This document shows positions 1-7,438 of a DNA stretch of 11,170 nucleotides, piece by piece; position 1 is the stretch's first letter; every line of letters starts with the position of its first letter. Under the pieces are notes generated by a model. It had not been told where the DNA came from and ran no database searches. It worked only from the letters and a program-made list of their open reading frames with translations. The DNA is from Deinococcales bacterium (GTDB lineage: Bacteria > Deinococcota > Deinococci > Deinococcales > JAAFIG01), in contig JAYWGM010000003.1 of NCBI GenBank assembly GCA_043778225.1, positions 1 to 11,170 of the forward strand. Direction: 5' to 3'. Made by a program: the position numbers and the translations under genes.

Positions 1-81
1 TCTAAGCGACGGAAACGTTTGAAGGCGTTATTACATGATGATTACTTGCTATCGTTACTTGGTTTATCAGGCAAGGCATAG
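1..81 (+). CDS. 3' end (partial) of a probable ISAs1-family transposase
   Basis: Frame +1 translates as SKRRKRLKALLHDDYLLSLLGLSGKA* (TAG at 79-81). This resembles the C-terminus I recall for ISAs1 transposases (S..KR.KA..dddYL..lL). Not in the ORF track because it is truncated; only 26 codons are visible. Confidence 0.6.
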   Translation, partial: SKRRKRLKALLHDDYLLSLLGLSGKA

Positions 82-98
82 TTGGTGCGTTTGCCCTA
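1..98 (+). mobile_element. Right end of a putative ISAs1-family insertion sequence; candidate terminal inverted repeat at about 84-98
   Basis: GGTGCGTTTGCCCTA lies just after the putative transposase stop and resembles ISAs1-type right ends (...TGCGxTTGCCCTG, from memory). The left IR and target duplication are outside the window. Confidence 0.5.
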
Positions 99-2382
99 GG
101 TTAAGTTGTGCAGTTGCATTGAGTAAAACCGAAACTGAACCTTGAACTGAACTACTACCAGAATTTGCAGTTGCCAAATCCAGTTTTCCATCGCCATTCA
201 AATCACCCATCGCTACCGAATAAGGATTCGTGCCTACTCCATAATCGGTTCTCGAGTAACCTCCAGTCGATTGTTGCAATAAAACTGAAACTGAACTTTC
301 AAAGTAACTTGCGGTTGCCAAATCCAGTTTTCCATCGCCATTCAAATCACCCATCGCCACCGAAGAAGGAGTCGAGCCTACCGTATAATCGGTTCTCGAG
401 TAACCTCCAGACGACTGTTGTAGTAAAACTGAAACTAAAGCTGCTCCATTATTATAATTTGCGATTGCCAAATCCAGTTTTCTGTCGCCATTCAAATCGT
501 CAATCGCTACCGAATAAGGACTCGCGCCTACTGTATAATCGGTTCTCGAGTAACCTCCAGCCGCCTGTTGCAGTAAAACTGAAACTGAACTATCAGCCCT
601 ATTTACGGCTGCCAAATCTAGTTTTCCATCGCCATTCAAATCGCCAATTGCTACCGATCTAGGATTCATGCCTACTGTATAATCGGTTCTCGAGTAACTT
701 CCGTCGTTCTGTTGCAATAAGACTGAAACTGAAGCAGCACCATTATTTGCAATTGCTAAATCCAGTTTTCCATCGCCATTCAAATCACCAATGGCTACTG
801 GTATAGGATTCGTGCCTACTGCATAATCGGTTCTCGAGTAACCTCCAGCCGATTGTAATAAAACTGAGACTGAACTATCAGTAAAATTTGTAATTGCCAA
901 ATCCAGTTTTCCATCACCATTCAAATCACCCATCGCTACCGAATAAGGTTTCGTGCCCACTGCATAATCGGTTCTCGAGTAACCTCCAGCCGATTGTTGT
1001 AGTAAAACTGAGACTGAATTATCAGTAAGATTTGTAATTGCCAAATCCAGTTTTCCATCACCATTCAAATCACCTATCGCTACCAAATAAGGATTCGTGC
1101 CTACTGCATAATCGGTTTTTGCCCTAAAAGCATCTGCTGTGCCACTCGAGGTTTGGTATCGGTATACATACCCTGCCGCACCACAATCGCGTTCGCCATC
1201 GCTGGCGGGAATCGAAACCTCAAGCTGTTCTCCAGCCTTATAATCCCTTGCCGGGGTAATGCTAAAACCACTGCTGGTACTTTGCACATTGACATCATCG
1301 TAACGCTGAAAACTGCTGTGCATGACTGGAACGCCAGAATTATTGGTAATGCTTGTGTCCAAGTCTATACTGGCATTTGGTGTTACTCGAGCCACGTTTT
1401 GGGCATTGGCGGCTGGGGTCAGTGGGTTGGTACTAGAAAGCACAGGCGGCAGTAAATTAAAGAGTTGGGCTAGTGGTGCGGCGGCTGTGCCAGCCGTGCG
1501 AACTTGGCAAAGCACAGTTGGATTTGGGTTCGGGGCTTGTAAAACCAATTGGCTTTTTGGGAGTTTATAAACTTGACTGGCTGAAATTGCTAAGGCTCGA
1601 GCCTCGGCTGTCGAAATGCTTTTTTGATACTCGAGTTGGCTTTCGGTCACTCGGGTGGTTGGGTCAGTGGCGGCTTGCAAAAACACCGATAAACTGTATG
1701 GGTCGGCTGTTCCGCTCGAGGGCATCTGAAAAGCAAAAGTTACAAATCCGGGATTGGCAGCCGTAATTAGCCTTGTGCCAGTGCTGGTTTTTGCCACAAA
1801 ACCATACGGCAATAAGTACCCACCATCGGCGGGTGCGTAACCAGTTAAATCGGCTTCGGCAAAAGCCTGAAAATCGGTGGCATTGCGATTGAGTCCAAGT
1901 GCATCCTGCCCCGAGCCAGACAGCGTGAGACCATGGGTTGGTTTAATATCTCTGGCAAAGCTGGTATTGGCATCTGTGCCATCAAATTTTTTCAGTCTCG
2001 AGATGGCGGTGTCTAAAATGGTTTTTCCCGTCAAGACTTCGGCAACAAAGGTCAAATTGCTGATATTGGTTGTGCTTGTCACCTTGAACGTTGCGGATAA
2101 ATACCGAACATTCTTCAGCAAAAAGGTGCTTTGGCTGAGTGCCGTGTAACTTAAACCAGAAACCGTGGTGAAGTTTTGAGTGCCAAGTTGACTTGAGCCG
2201 ACGTTCTCGAGTTTGGCGCTGAAGTTGTTTTGCAAATCAGAAAAACTCAGTTCGACCCGCCCTAAACCCTCGAGTGGCAAACTTGGTTTTGGTTGACTCA
2301 TTGCAGGCGGTGCGACTGGCGGCGTGGTGCAAGCCGCGAGACTGGCAAGCACAAGTGCGAATCCAAAAAGAGTCTTTTTCAT
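67..2382 (-). CDS. Lipoprotein (~771 aa): shared uncharacterised N-terminal domain + Ig-like domain + 7-bladed FG-GAP/VCBS beta-propeller
   Basis: Start moved from 2418 to ATG 2382, which gives the signal peptide II MKKTLFGFALVLASLAA|C (lipobox LAAC). The alternative ATG at 2409 overlaps the upstream stop. There are seven DLNGD(G/R)KLDL motifs (about 120-1120) and an Ig-like segment FSITPARDYKAGEQLEVSI (about 1140-1410). Confidence 0.9.
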   Translation of the reverse strand: MKKTLFGFALVLASLAACTTPPVAPPAMSQPKPSLPLEGLGRVELSFSDLQNNFSAKLENVGSSQLGTQNFTTVSGLSYTALSQSTFLLKNVRYLSATFKVTSTTNISNLTFVAEVLTGKTILDTAISRLKKFDGTDANTSFARDIKPTHGLTLSGSGQDALGLNRNATDFQAFAEADLTGYAPADGGYLLPYGFVAKTSTGTRLITAANPGFVTFAFQMPSSGTADPYSLSVFLQAATDPTTRVTESQLEYQKSISTAEARALAISASQVYKLPKSQLVLQAPNPNPTVLCQVRTAGTAAAPLAQLFNLLPPVLSSTNPLTPAANAQNVARVTPNASIDLDTSITNNSGVPVMHSSFQRYDDVNVQSTSSGFSITPARDYKAGEQLEVSIPASDGERDCGAAGYVYRYQTSSGTADAFRAKTDYAVGTNPYLVAIGDLNGDGKLDLAITNLTDNSVSVLLQQSAGGYSRTDYAVGTKPYSVAMGDLNGDGKLDLAITNFTDSSVSVLLQSAGGYSRTDYAVGTNPIPVAIGDLNGDGKLDLAIANNGAASVSVLLQQNDGSYSRTDYTVGMNPRSVAIGDLNGDGKLDLAAVNRADSSVSVLLQQAAGGYSRTDYTVGASPYSVAIDDLNGDRKLDLAIANYNNGAALVSVLLQQSSGGYSRTDYTVGSTPSSVAMGDLNGDGKLDLATASYFESSVSVLLQQSTGGYSRTDYGVGTNPYSVAMGDLNGDGKLDLATANSGSSSVQGSVSVLLNATAQLNLGQTHQLCLA
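121..1117. repeat. Intragenic tandem repeat, 7 units of 141-150 bp, each encoding one FG-GAP blade
   Basis: The anchor ATAATCGGTT recurs at 241, 385, 535, 679, 823, 964 and 1108 (spacings 144, 150, 144, 144, 141, 144; all multiples of 3). Near-copies of AAATCCAGTTTTCCATCGCCATTCAAATC occur in every unit. Confidence 0.95.
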
Positions 2383-2419
2383 TGCACACATCTGCGAGGT
2401 GAGGTTCATTGCACACATC
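2378..2419. repeat. 15-bp perfect direct repeat at a gene junction
   Basis: TTCATTGCACACATC at 2378-2392 and 2405-2419, with a 12-bp spacer (period 27 bp). Confidence 0.9.
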
Positions 2420-3314
2420 CTGTCGAAATCGGTGGATACAAATACGCATTTTGTAATCTGGCTATTCGCACCTGACAGAGCTTTCGCACCGTGATTCCAT
2501 TGCCAGAGACCAAGGTACTGCCCGGAAAGACATTCAGTTGAGTCACGCCTTGGCTGCTTGTGGCTCGAGCCATCGCCGCAGAATTTGCGCCTTGTTCCTC
2601 GAGCGATTCGGTGATGCTTTGGCTGTTATCGGTGTAAATTGCAAACAAGAAGGTCAGGCTATACGGGTCGTCTTTGCGGCTGGCTTGCAACGGGACTCTG
2701 AACGCAAAAGTTACAAACGTGCCAGAAATACTTGGATTTCGGGTCACAAAACCATAGTCGAGTAAGTTCTTATTTTGTGGATTCGGGTTTGGAAAAGTTG
2801 GTAGCGCGTCGGCAGTTCTCGCCCATGCTTGAAAACTTTCGGTTTGGGGTTTAATGCCAAGGTTCAAGCCATCGAACTCCATGGTGTGAACAGGCAGGAT
2901 TTGCCGTGCCAACGTAGAAGCGGCACTCGAGCCATCGTATTTTTTGATGCTTTTAATGGCTGTCCCATCGATGTTGAAAAGTTGATTCAGTGCCACAAAC
3001 GACAAATTGGGATAATTATTTGCGTTGACATCCAAAGCCACCCGAAAAGTCGCAGCCAAGTAACGAAAACCATTATAAGTAAAAGTGCCTTCGCTGGTTG
3101 GGGCTAAGGTATAATCCACTGCTGGAACGGTGCTAAAGCTCTGGGTTTGCATTCCCCTCGAGATTGTTTTGGCACTGGCTTTTAGGCTCGAGTTGGTGAT
3201 TTGATTAAAACTAATTTCCACAATTTGCGGCTCGAGAATAGCGGGTTCTGGTTGGCTTAGGCAAGCGGTTAGTACACCGATTAGCCCCAGTAGTATCAAG
3301 ATTTGTTTTTGCAT
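2406..3314 (-). CDS. Lipoprotein (302 aa) consisting only of the shared uncharacterised domain
   Basis: RBS-like AAGGA just upstream of the ATG, and signal MQKQILILLGLIGVLTA|C. The motifs RYLAATFRV, NLSFVA, IKKYDG, ILPVH, FQAW, YGFV, VTFAFRVPLQ, DDPYS, TESLEEQ and CQVR align by eye with both neighbouring genes. Confidence 0.9.
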   Translation of the reverse strand: MQKQILILLGLIGVLTACLSQPEPAILEPQIVEISFNQITNSSLKASAKTISRGMQTQSFSTVPAVDYTLAPTSEGTFTYNGFRYLAATFRVALDVNANNYPNLSFVALNQLFNIDGTAIKSIKKYDGSSAASTLARQILPVHTMEFDGLNLGIKPQTESFQAWARTADALPTFPNPNPQNKNLLDYGFVTRNPSISGTFVTFAFRVPLQASRKDDPYSLTFLFAIYTDNSQSITESLEEQGANSAAMARATSSQGVTQLNVFPGSTLVSGNGITVRKLCQVRIARLQNAYLYPPISTGCVQ

Positions 3315-3395
3315 GGTGTCCTTGCTCCCGACCTCGAGATTACCATTTGTACACAGATTTCTTAGGTTAAAACCGACCCTCGAGCCACTGAATTT

Positions 3396-6300
3396 TTAGG
3401 GGTTTTGCAGCAAAACCGTGGTGCTGTTCAAACCGCCATTGGCGACCACAAAGTCAAGCACTTGATCGTTGTTAAAATTGCCCAGCGCCAGCCAATTCGC
3501 GTTGCTGCTGGCGGATAAGCTGGTATTAGCAGCCGCAGCAAATCCGCCAGTGCCATCGCCGTACAGCAGCGAAACATTGTCCGAATCGCGGTTGAGAGCA
3601 GCAATGTCGTACTGCATACCACCATTAAAACTGGCAAGCGCAAGCGAAACAGGCGCACTGCCGACTGCATAGGTGGCGGCGGCGGTGGCGGCTGGGAATG
3701 TGCCATTGCCAGCCCCAATCAGTACCGAAACGCTGTTCAGGGCAGTATTGGCAACCACAAGGTCAATGTTGCCATCGTTGTTGACATCGGCAGTGCCAAT
3801 GGCTCGAGGCGCACTGCCAGCCAAGAGTGCAATCGTGCTGACTGCACCAAAGCCACCAGTGCCGTCGCCTAAGCGCACTGAGACATTACTCGAGTCTTTG
3901 TTGGCAGCAATCAAATCCATTTTGCCATCGTTGTTGGTGTCGGCAACCGCTGCCGAAATTGGGGCTGTGCCAACCGCATAACTCATTCCAGCTTGCAATG
4001 TGCCATTGCCATTACCCAAATGCACATACACGTCGTTTCCGTTGGGATACACAACATCAAGTTTGCCATCGGCGTTGACATCGCTGGCTTGCATCGAAAC
4101 CTGACTCGAGCTTAACAAGAGAGGTTGCAATTGCGCCGCTTGAAATGTGCCATCGCCATTGCCAAGCAGTGTTTTCACACCTTGGAAAAATGTGCCAACA
4201 ATCAGGTCAAATTTGCCATCGTTGTTCAGGTCGGCTACCTCGAGTGCGACAGGGTTCGTCCCCACACTAATGGTGGTGGCAGCGTTATAGTCAAAAACCG
4301 GATTTGCCAAACGCAGGGTCAGTTCGGTGTTGTTAGCACTGATGATGTCGCCGCGCCCATCGTTGTTGAAATCGGCGGTTTTAACAGTAAATGGAACTGA
4401 AGGTGTGCTGTAACTCGAGGCGGTGTATGTGCCAGAAGTTGCGCCAAAAGTCGAAAACAATTGGAATTGCAGCACCACAGGGTTAAAAAGCGGGGTGTTA
4501 TAGGTGGCACTCGAGAGTCCAGCCGTCAGGGTTATCTCGAATTTCTCGCCTGGCTTCCAGCCTGGATTGCCGGGCTGGTACGAGATGGTTTTGTTGACCG
4601 CTATACTTTGTAACGAACCAGCTACACTGGGCAACTGCGAGCGGTGCAGCACAAATTGACTCGAGGTTGGCACGTTCATTGGCAGAGTAAAAACCGTGGT
4701 GACCCCAGAGATGTTGATTAAGCGGTTACGGAAATCGGCACTGAGAAACTGGGTGCGATCATTGACCAAGACAGCTATTTGGTTTGCGTCTGATAAAGAC
4801 ATCAATAAATCCAGTTTGCCATCGCCCGTAAAATCTCCTGCGGCAAGTGCATTTGGAGTAGTTGCCAGTCCAACCCCAGAAAGAGAACCAAATGTGCCAT
4901 CGCCGTTACCAAATCGGAGGCTAACTCGAGGAGACGTGGCGTTTTGACTAGCAGTAACAACATCCAACTGACCATCTCCATTGTAGTCTGCTACTAAAAG
5001 TGAGGCTAAAAGTGGCGGGTTAGTGGTGTGCATCGTATACGCAACAGCCGCAGAAAATGAACCGTTGCCTGTGCCTAGCAGCCTTGTGAGCGCGTTGCTG
5101 TTTTTGACCAGCAAATCAAGATGAGAATCATTGTTGATGTCTGCAATGACAACTTTATCTGCATTAAATCCGCCCAATCCTACGTTTTGGGCGGCTTGAA
5201 GTGTCCCATCGCCATTGCCCAAAAGCAGCCGAATCACACTATTACTGCCACTGCTATTAGTGACAGACACCACATCAAGTTTACCATCGTTGTTGACATC
5301 GCCAAGCGCCACGTCGCCCTGTGCAAGAAATCCAAACGTGTAGGTCGTGGCACTGCCAAGTAATGCAGCAGTACCAGTACCTAGCAACACCGAGACAACA
5401 CCAGTATCGAAACTCGAGGTCACAACATCGAGTTTGCCATCACCATTAAGGTCGCCAACCGACAGTCCTAATGGCAACAAAACGCCACTGACAAAATAAG
5501 TGGCAGCTTGAAATGTACCGTCGCCATTGCCCAGCAAAACCGCAAGGGTGTTGGTTGAACTCGCACCATTACTATTTGTTGTCAGCAGGTCAGGATTACC
5601 ATCACCATTTATGTCGGCGGCAACAATATTAACTGGCGGCTTTAAGACACTATAATTTGTTGCTGCTAAGAATGTTCCGTCACCATTACCCAGCAAAACC
5701 GACACATTATTGCTCGAAGAACTGTCAGCAACAGCTTGGTCAAGTTTGCCATCGCCATTAAAATCTGCGACGGCAATAGCAACAGGATTGTTCCCGATTG
5801 CATTACTTCCTGCTGCTACCATAACGCCTGAACTGGCGATGCTGACGGCTGTACGGTACTTAAAGGTATATCCAGCACAAGCCGCATTGCTGGCGGTACT
5901 CGAGAGTCCATTGGTCAGTGTGACCTCGAGTTCTTCGCCCGGCAGACTGGCATTGTCGGGTGTGAAGCTCAGGTTGTTACCCGAAACAGCATACGCGCCA
6001 GATTGTTTGCCGCGTTGGTTGCCATTGACCGTAAAGGTACTCGAGCTACCCACGTTCATCGGTGTGTTGAATTTGGCAGTTACGGGCGCAAATGCCGCCG
6101 CCAGTGTGTTTGCAAGGCTTGGCATGGTAATAACTGTAGTCGGTGCGATTGCTGCAAAGGCAGTTGGCGCAGCAATCGTGCCAGCACTTCGCACCGCACA
6201 GGTATTTGGATTGGGCATGGTGGGGCTGGGCAAACGAAAAACCGTTGCATTAGTCAAAGCCGCCGCTCGAGCCGTGACCAAACTGGGCATGGCTTGTTCC

Positions 6301-7127
6301 TCGAGACCTTGGGTAACTCGGGTGATGTTGTCGTCCACAGCATTAAACATCAGGCTAAAGGTAAACGGGTCGTCGGCTGATGTGGTTTGCAGTGGAATTT
6401 TCACGGCAAAGGTCACACGCCCATCAAACTGGTTGGTGGCGGGGTTAGCGGGCAACCGACGCGAATTAGCAGAGCAATTGCTGGCGCAACGCGCCACAAA
6501 GCCATACGGGAAAACACTGGTCACACTCGAGCCAAGCGCGGTGGCAAGTGGTGTAATTTCGCTTTCGGCAAAGGCTTGAAAGTCCTCGCCACCCGTGTTT
6601 ATTTTGGGCTGAGCGGTTGTCAGGTCGTAAGTCAGGCTGTGGGTTGGCAGGATACTTTCAGCAAGGCTAGGGCTGGCGGGGCTACCATCAAAGCGCTTTA
6701 GGGTAGCCACGGCGGTTGTACCCACAGTGTTAGTCGTACTGACCGCCACAAACGTCAGGTTTTGGCGCGAGGTCGCGTAGGCTGTGCCAGAACACGTTCC
6801 GATTGGTGTGCAGTAACTGGCGTTTCGCACCTTGAAGGTCGCCGAGATATAGCGCATTCCGTCCACACCTCGAGTTCCAATATCAAAGGTACTCTTGGCA
6901 ATTGGTACGATTTCCACACCCGTGGCAACATCGGCTAGGGCTTGGCTTTGGAGCTTACTCGAGACACTTCTGGCACTGGCTTGCAGGTTATTTGTGCCAA
7001 CGCCGCTAAAAGTCACTTCGATGAGACCCAAATTTGGGCTGGGGGTAATTGGTTTGACTAGGCTGGGGTTGGTCTGACCACAGGCTGCCAAGGCTACCGC
7101 AATAAAAACAATCCAATACTTATTCAT
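3396..7127 (-). CDS. Large lipoprotein (1243 aa): shared N-terminal domain + [Ig-like (Big_5-like) + 7-bladed FG-GAP propeller] x2; putative surface adhesin
   Basis: RBS GAGGA, and signal MNKYWIVFIAVALAA|C. There are 14 DxNxDGxxD-type motifs in two blocks of 7 (about 4760-5800 and 3400-4410). Each block is preceded by an Ig-like segment containing PGE(E/K)(L/F)E(V/I)TLT.GLSS. Confidence 0.92.
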   Translation of the reverse strand: MNKYWIVFIAVALAACGQTNPSLVKPITPSPNLGLIEVTFSGVGTNNLQASARSVSSKLQSQALADVATGVEIVPIAKSTFDIGTRGVDGMRYISATFKVRNASYCTPIGTCSGTAYATSRQNLTFVAVSTTNTVGTTAVATLKRFDGSPASPSLAESILPTHSLTYDLTTAQPKINTGGEDFQAFAESEITPLATALGSSVTSVFPYGFVARCASNCSANSRRLPANPATNQFDGRVTFAVKIPLQTTSADDPFTFSLMFNAVDDNITRVTQGLEEQAMPSLVTARAAALTNATVFRLPSPTMPNPNTCAVRSAGTIAAPTAFAAIAPTTVITMPSLANTLAAAFAPVTAKFNTPMNVGSSSTFTVNGNQRGKQSGAYAVSGNNLSFTPDNASLPGEELEVTLTNGLSSTASNAACAGYTFKYRTAVSIASSGVMVAAGSNAIGNNPVAIAVADFNGDGKLDQAVADSSSSNNVSVLLGNGDGTFLAATNYSVLKPPVNIVAADINGDGNPDLLTTNSNGASSTNTLAVLLGNGDGTFQAATYFVSGVLLPLGLSVGDLNGDGKLDVVTSSFDTGVVSVLLGTGTAALLGSATTYTFGFLAQGDVALGDVNNDGKLDVVSVTNSSGSNSVIRLLLGNGDGTLQAAQNVGLGGFNADKVVIADINNDSHLDLLVKNSNALTRLLGTGNGSFSAAVAYTMHTTNPPLLASLLVADYNGDGQLDVVTASQNATSPRVSLRFGNGDGTFGSLSGVGLATTPNALAAGDFTGDGKLDLLMSLSDANQIAVLVNDRTQFLSADFRNRLINISGVTTVFTLPMNVPTSSQFVLHRSQLPSVAGSLQSIAVNKTISYQPGNPGWKPGEKFEITLTAGLSSATYNTPLFNPVVLQFQLFSTFGATSGTYTASSYSTPSVPFTVKTADFNNDGRGDIISANNTELTLRLANPVFDYNAATTISVGTNPVALEVADLNNDGKFDLIVGTFFQGVKTLLGNGDGTFQAAQLQPLLLSSSQVSMQASDVNADGKLDVVYPNGNDVYVHLGNGNGTLQAGMSYAVGTAPISAAVADTNNDGKMDLIAANKDSSNVSVRLGDGTGGFGAVSTIALLAGSAPRAIGTADVNNDGNIDLVVANTALNSVSVLIGAGNGTFPAATAAATYAVGSAPVSLALASFNGGMQYDIAALNRDSDNVSLLYGDGTGGFAAAANTSLSASSNANWLALGNFNNDQVLDFVVANGGLNSTTVLLQNP

Positions 7128-7290
7128 GGTTTTCCTCGAATTCTAAAAAATCGTTCATCTCGGGCAGCCAAAGTCCGCCCGGTCCAATTGGTCCAGTGCT
7201 GAACGGTGCAGCCGTTAGGGTTATCCAAGCAGTGTGGAACTCGAGCTTTGGTTTTTGATAGCTGGTTTTGGTGGGGATTTGCTGCAACAT
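7120..7290 (-). CDS. 56-aa small peptide with a lasso-type/RRE-binding leader motif; putative RiPP-like precursor
   Basis: ATG 7290 is preceded by AAGAGGAATT (good RBS). Translation: MLQQIPTKTSYQKPKLEFHTAWITLTAAPFSTGPIGPGGLWLPEMNDFLEFEENHE. Its stop overlaps the next start (ATGAATAA, 8 nt), suggesting translational coupling. Confidence 0.7.
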   Translation of the reverse strand: MLQQIPTKTSYQKPKLEFHTAWITLTAAPFSTGPIGPGGLWLPEMNDFLEFEENHE

Positions 7291-7438
7291 AATTCCTCTT
7301 TGATTAGGTGAGAAAAGTCCTATTTTCGGCAGACTTCTGACCAATAGCCGCAGACTATAAAGTCTATTTTTTTTGAGCTAGAGTGCCAGCACCTACGCTG
7401 GTTGCGGGAAACACCCTTTTTGTAACTCGAGGTGCAAT

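Noticed and set aside
165..662. 165-aa repetitive + strand ORF
   Set aside because: It is the antisense shadow of the FG-GAP tandem repeat.
121..1117. CRISPR array or DGR variable/template repeats
   Set aside because: The units are 141-150 bp, in frame and fully coding, with no unique spacers. Some differences are at adenines, but many are not (ACG>ATG, TAT>AGA, indels), the AAT codon of the DLNGD motif is invariant, and no reverse transcriptase is visible.
2383..2418. N-terminal extension MCAMNLTSQMCA of the 783-aa ORF
   Set aside because: It arises from the 15-bp duplication and overlaps the upstream gene; the signal peptide begins at MKK (2382).
5710..6579. 289-aa + strand ORF and the other short ORFs nested in the lipoprotein, kinase and regulator genes
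   Set aside because: They are antisense or alternative-frame shadows of well-supported genes, with no recognisable motifs.
7120..7290. Calling the peptide a bona fide lasso peptide
   Set aside because: There is no Asp/Glu at predicted core positions 7-9, and no cyclase, peptidase or RRE gene in the window.
7291..7344. Longer 74-aa version of the peptide ORF
   Set aside because: It uses a non-ATG start with no RBS, whereas ATG 7290 has AGAGGA at a suitable spacing.
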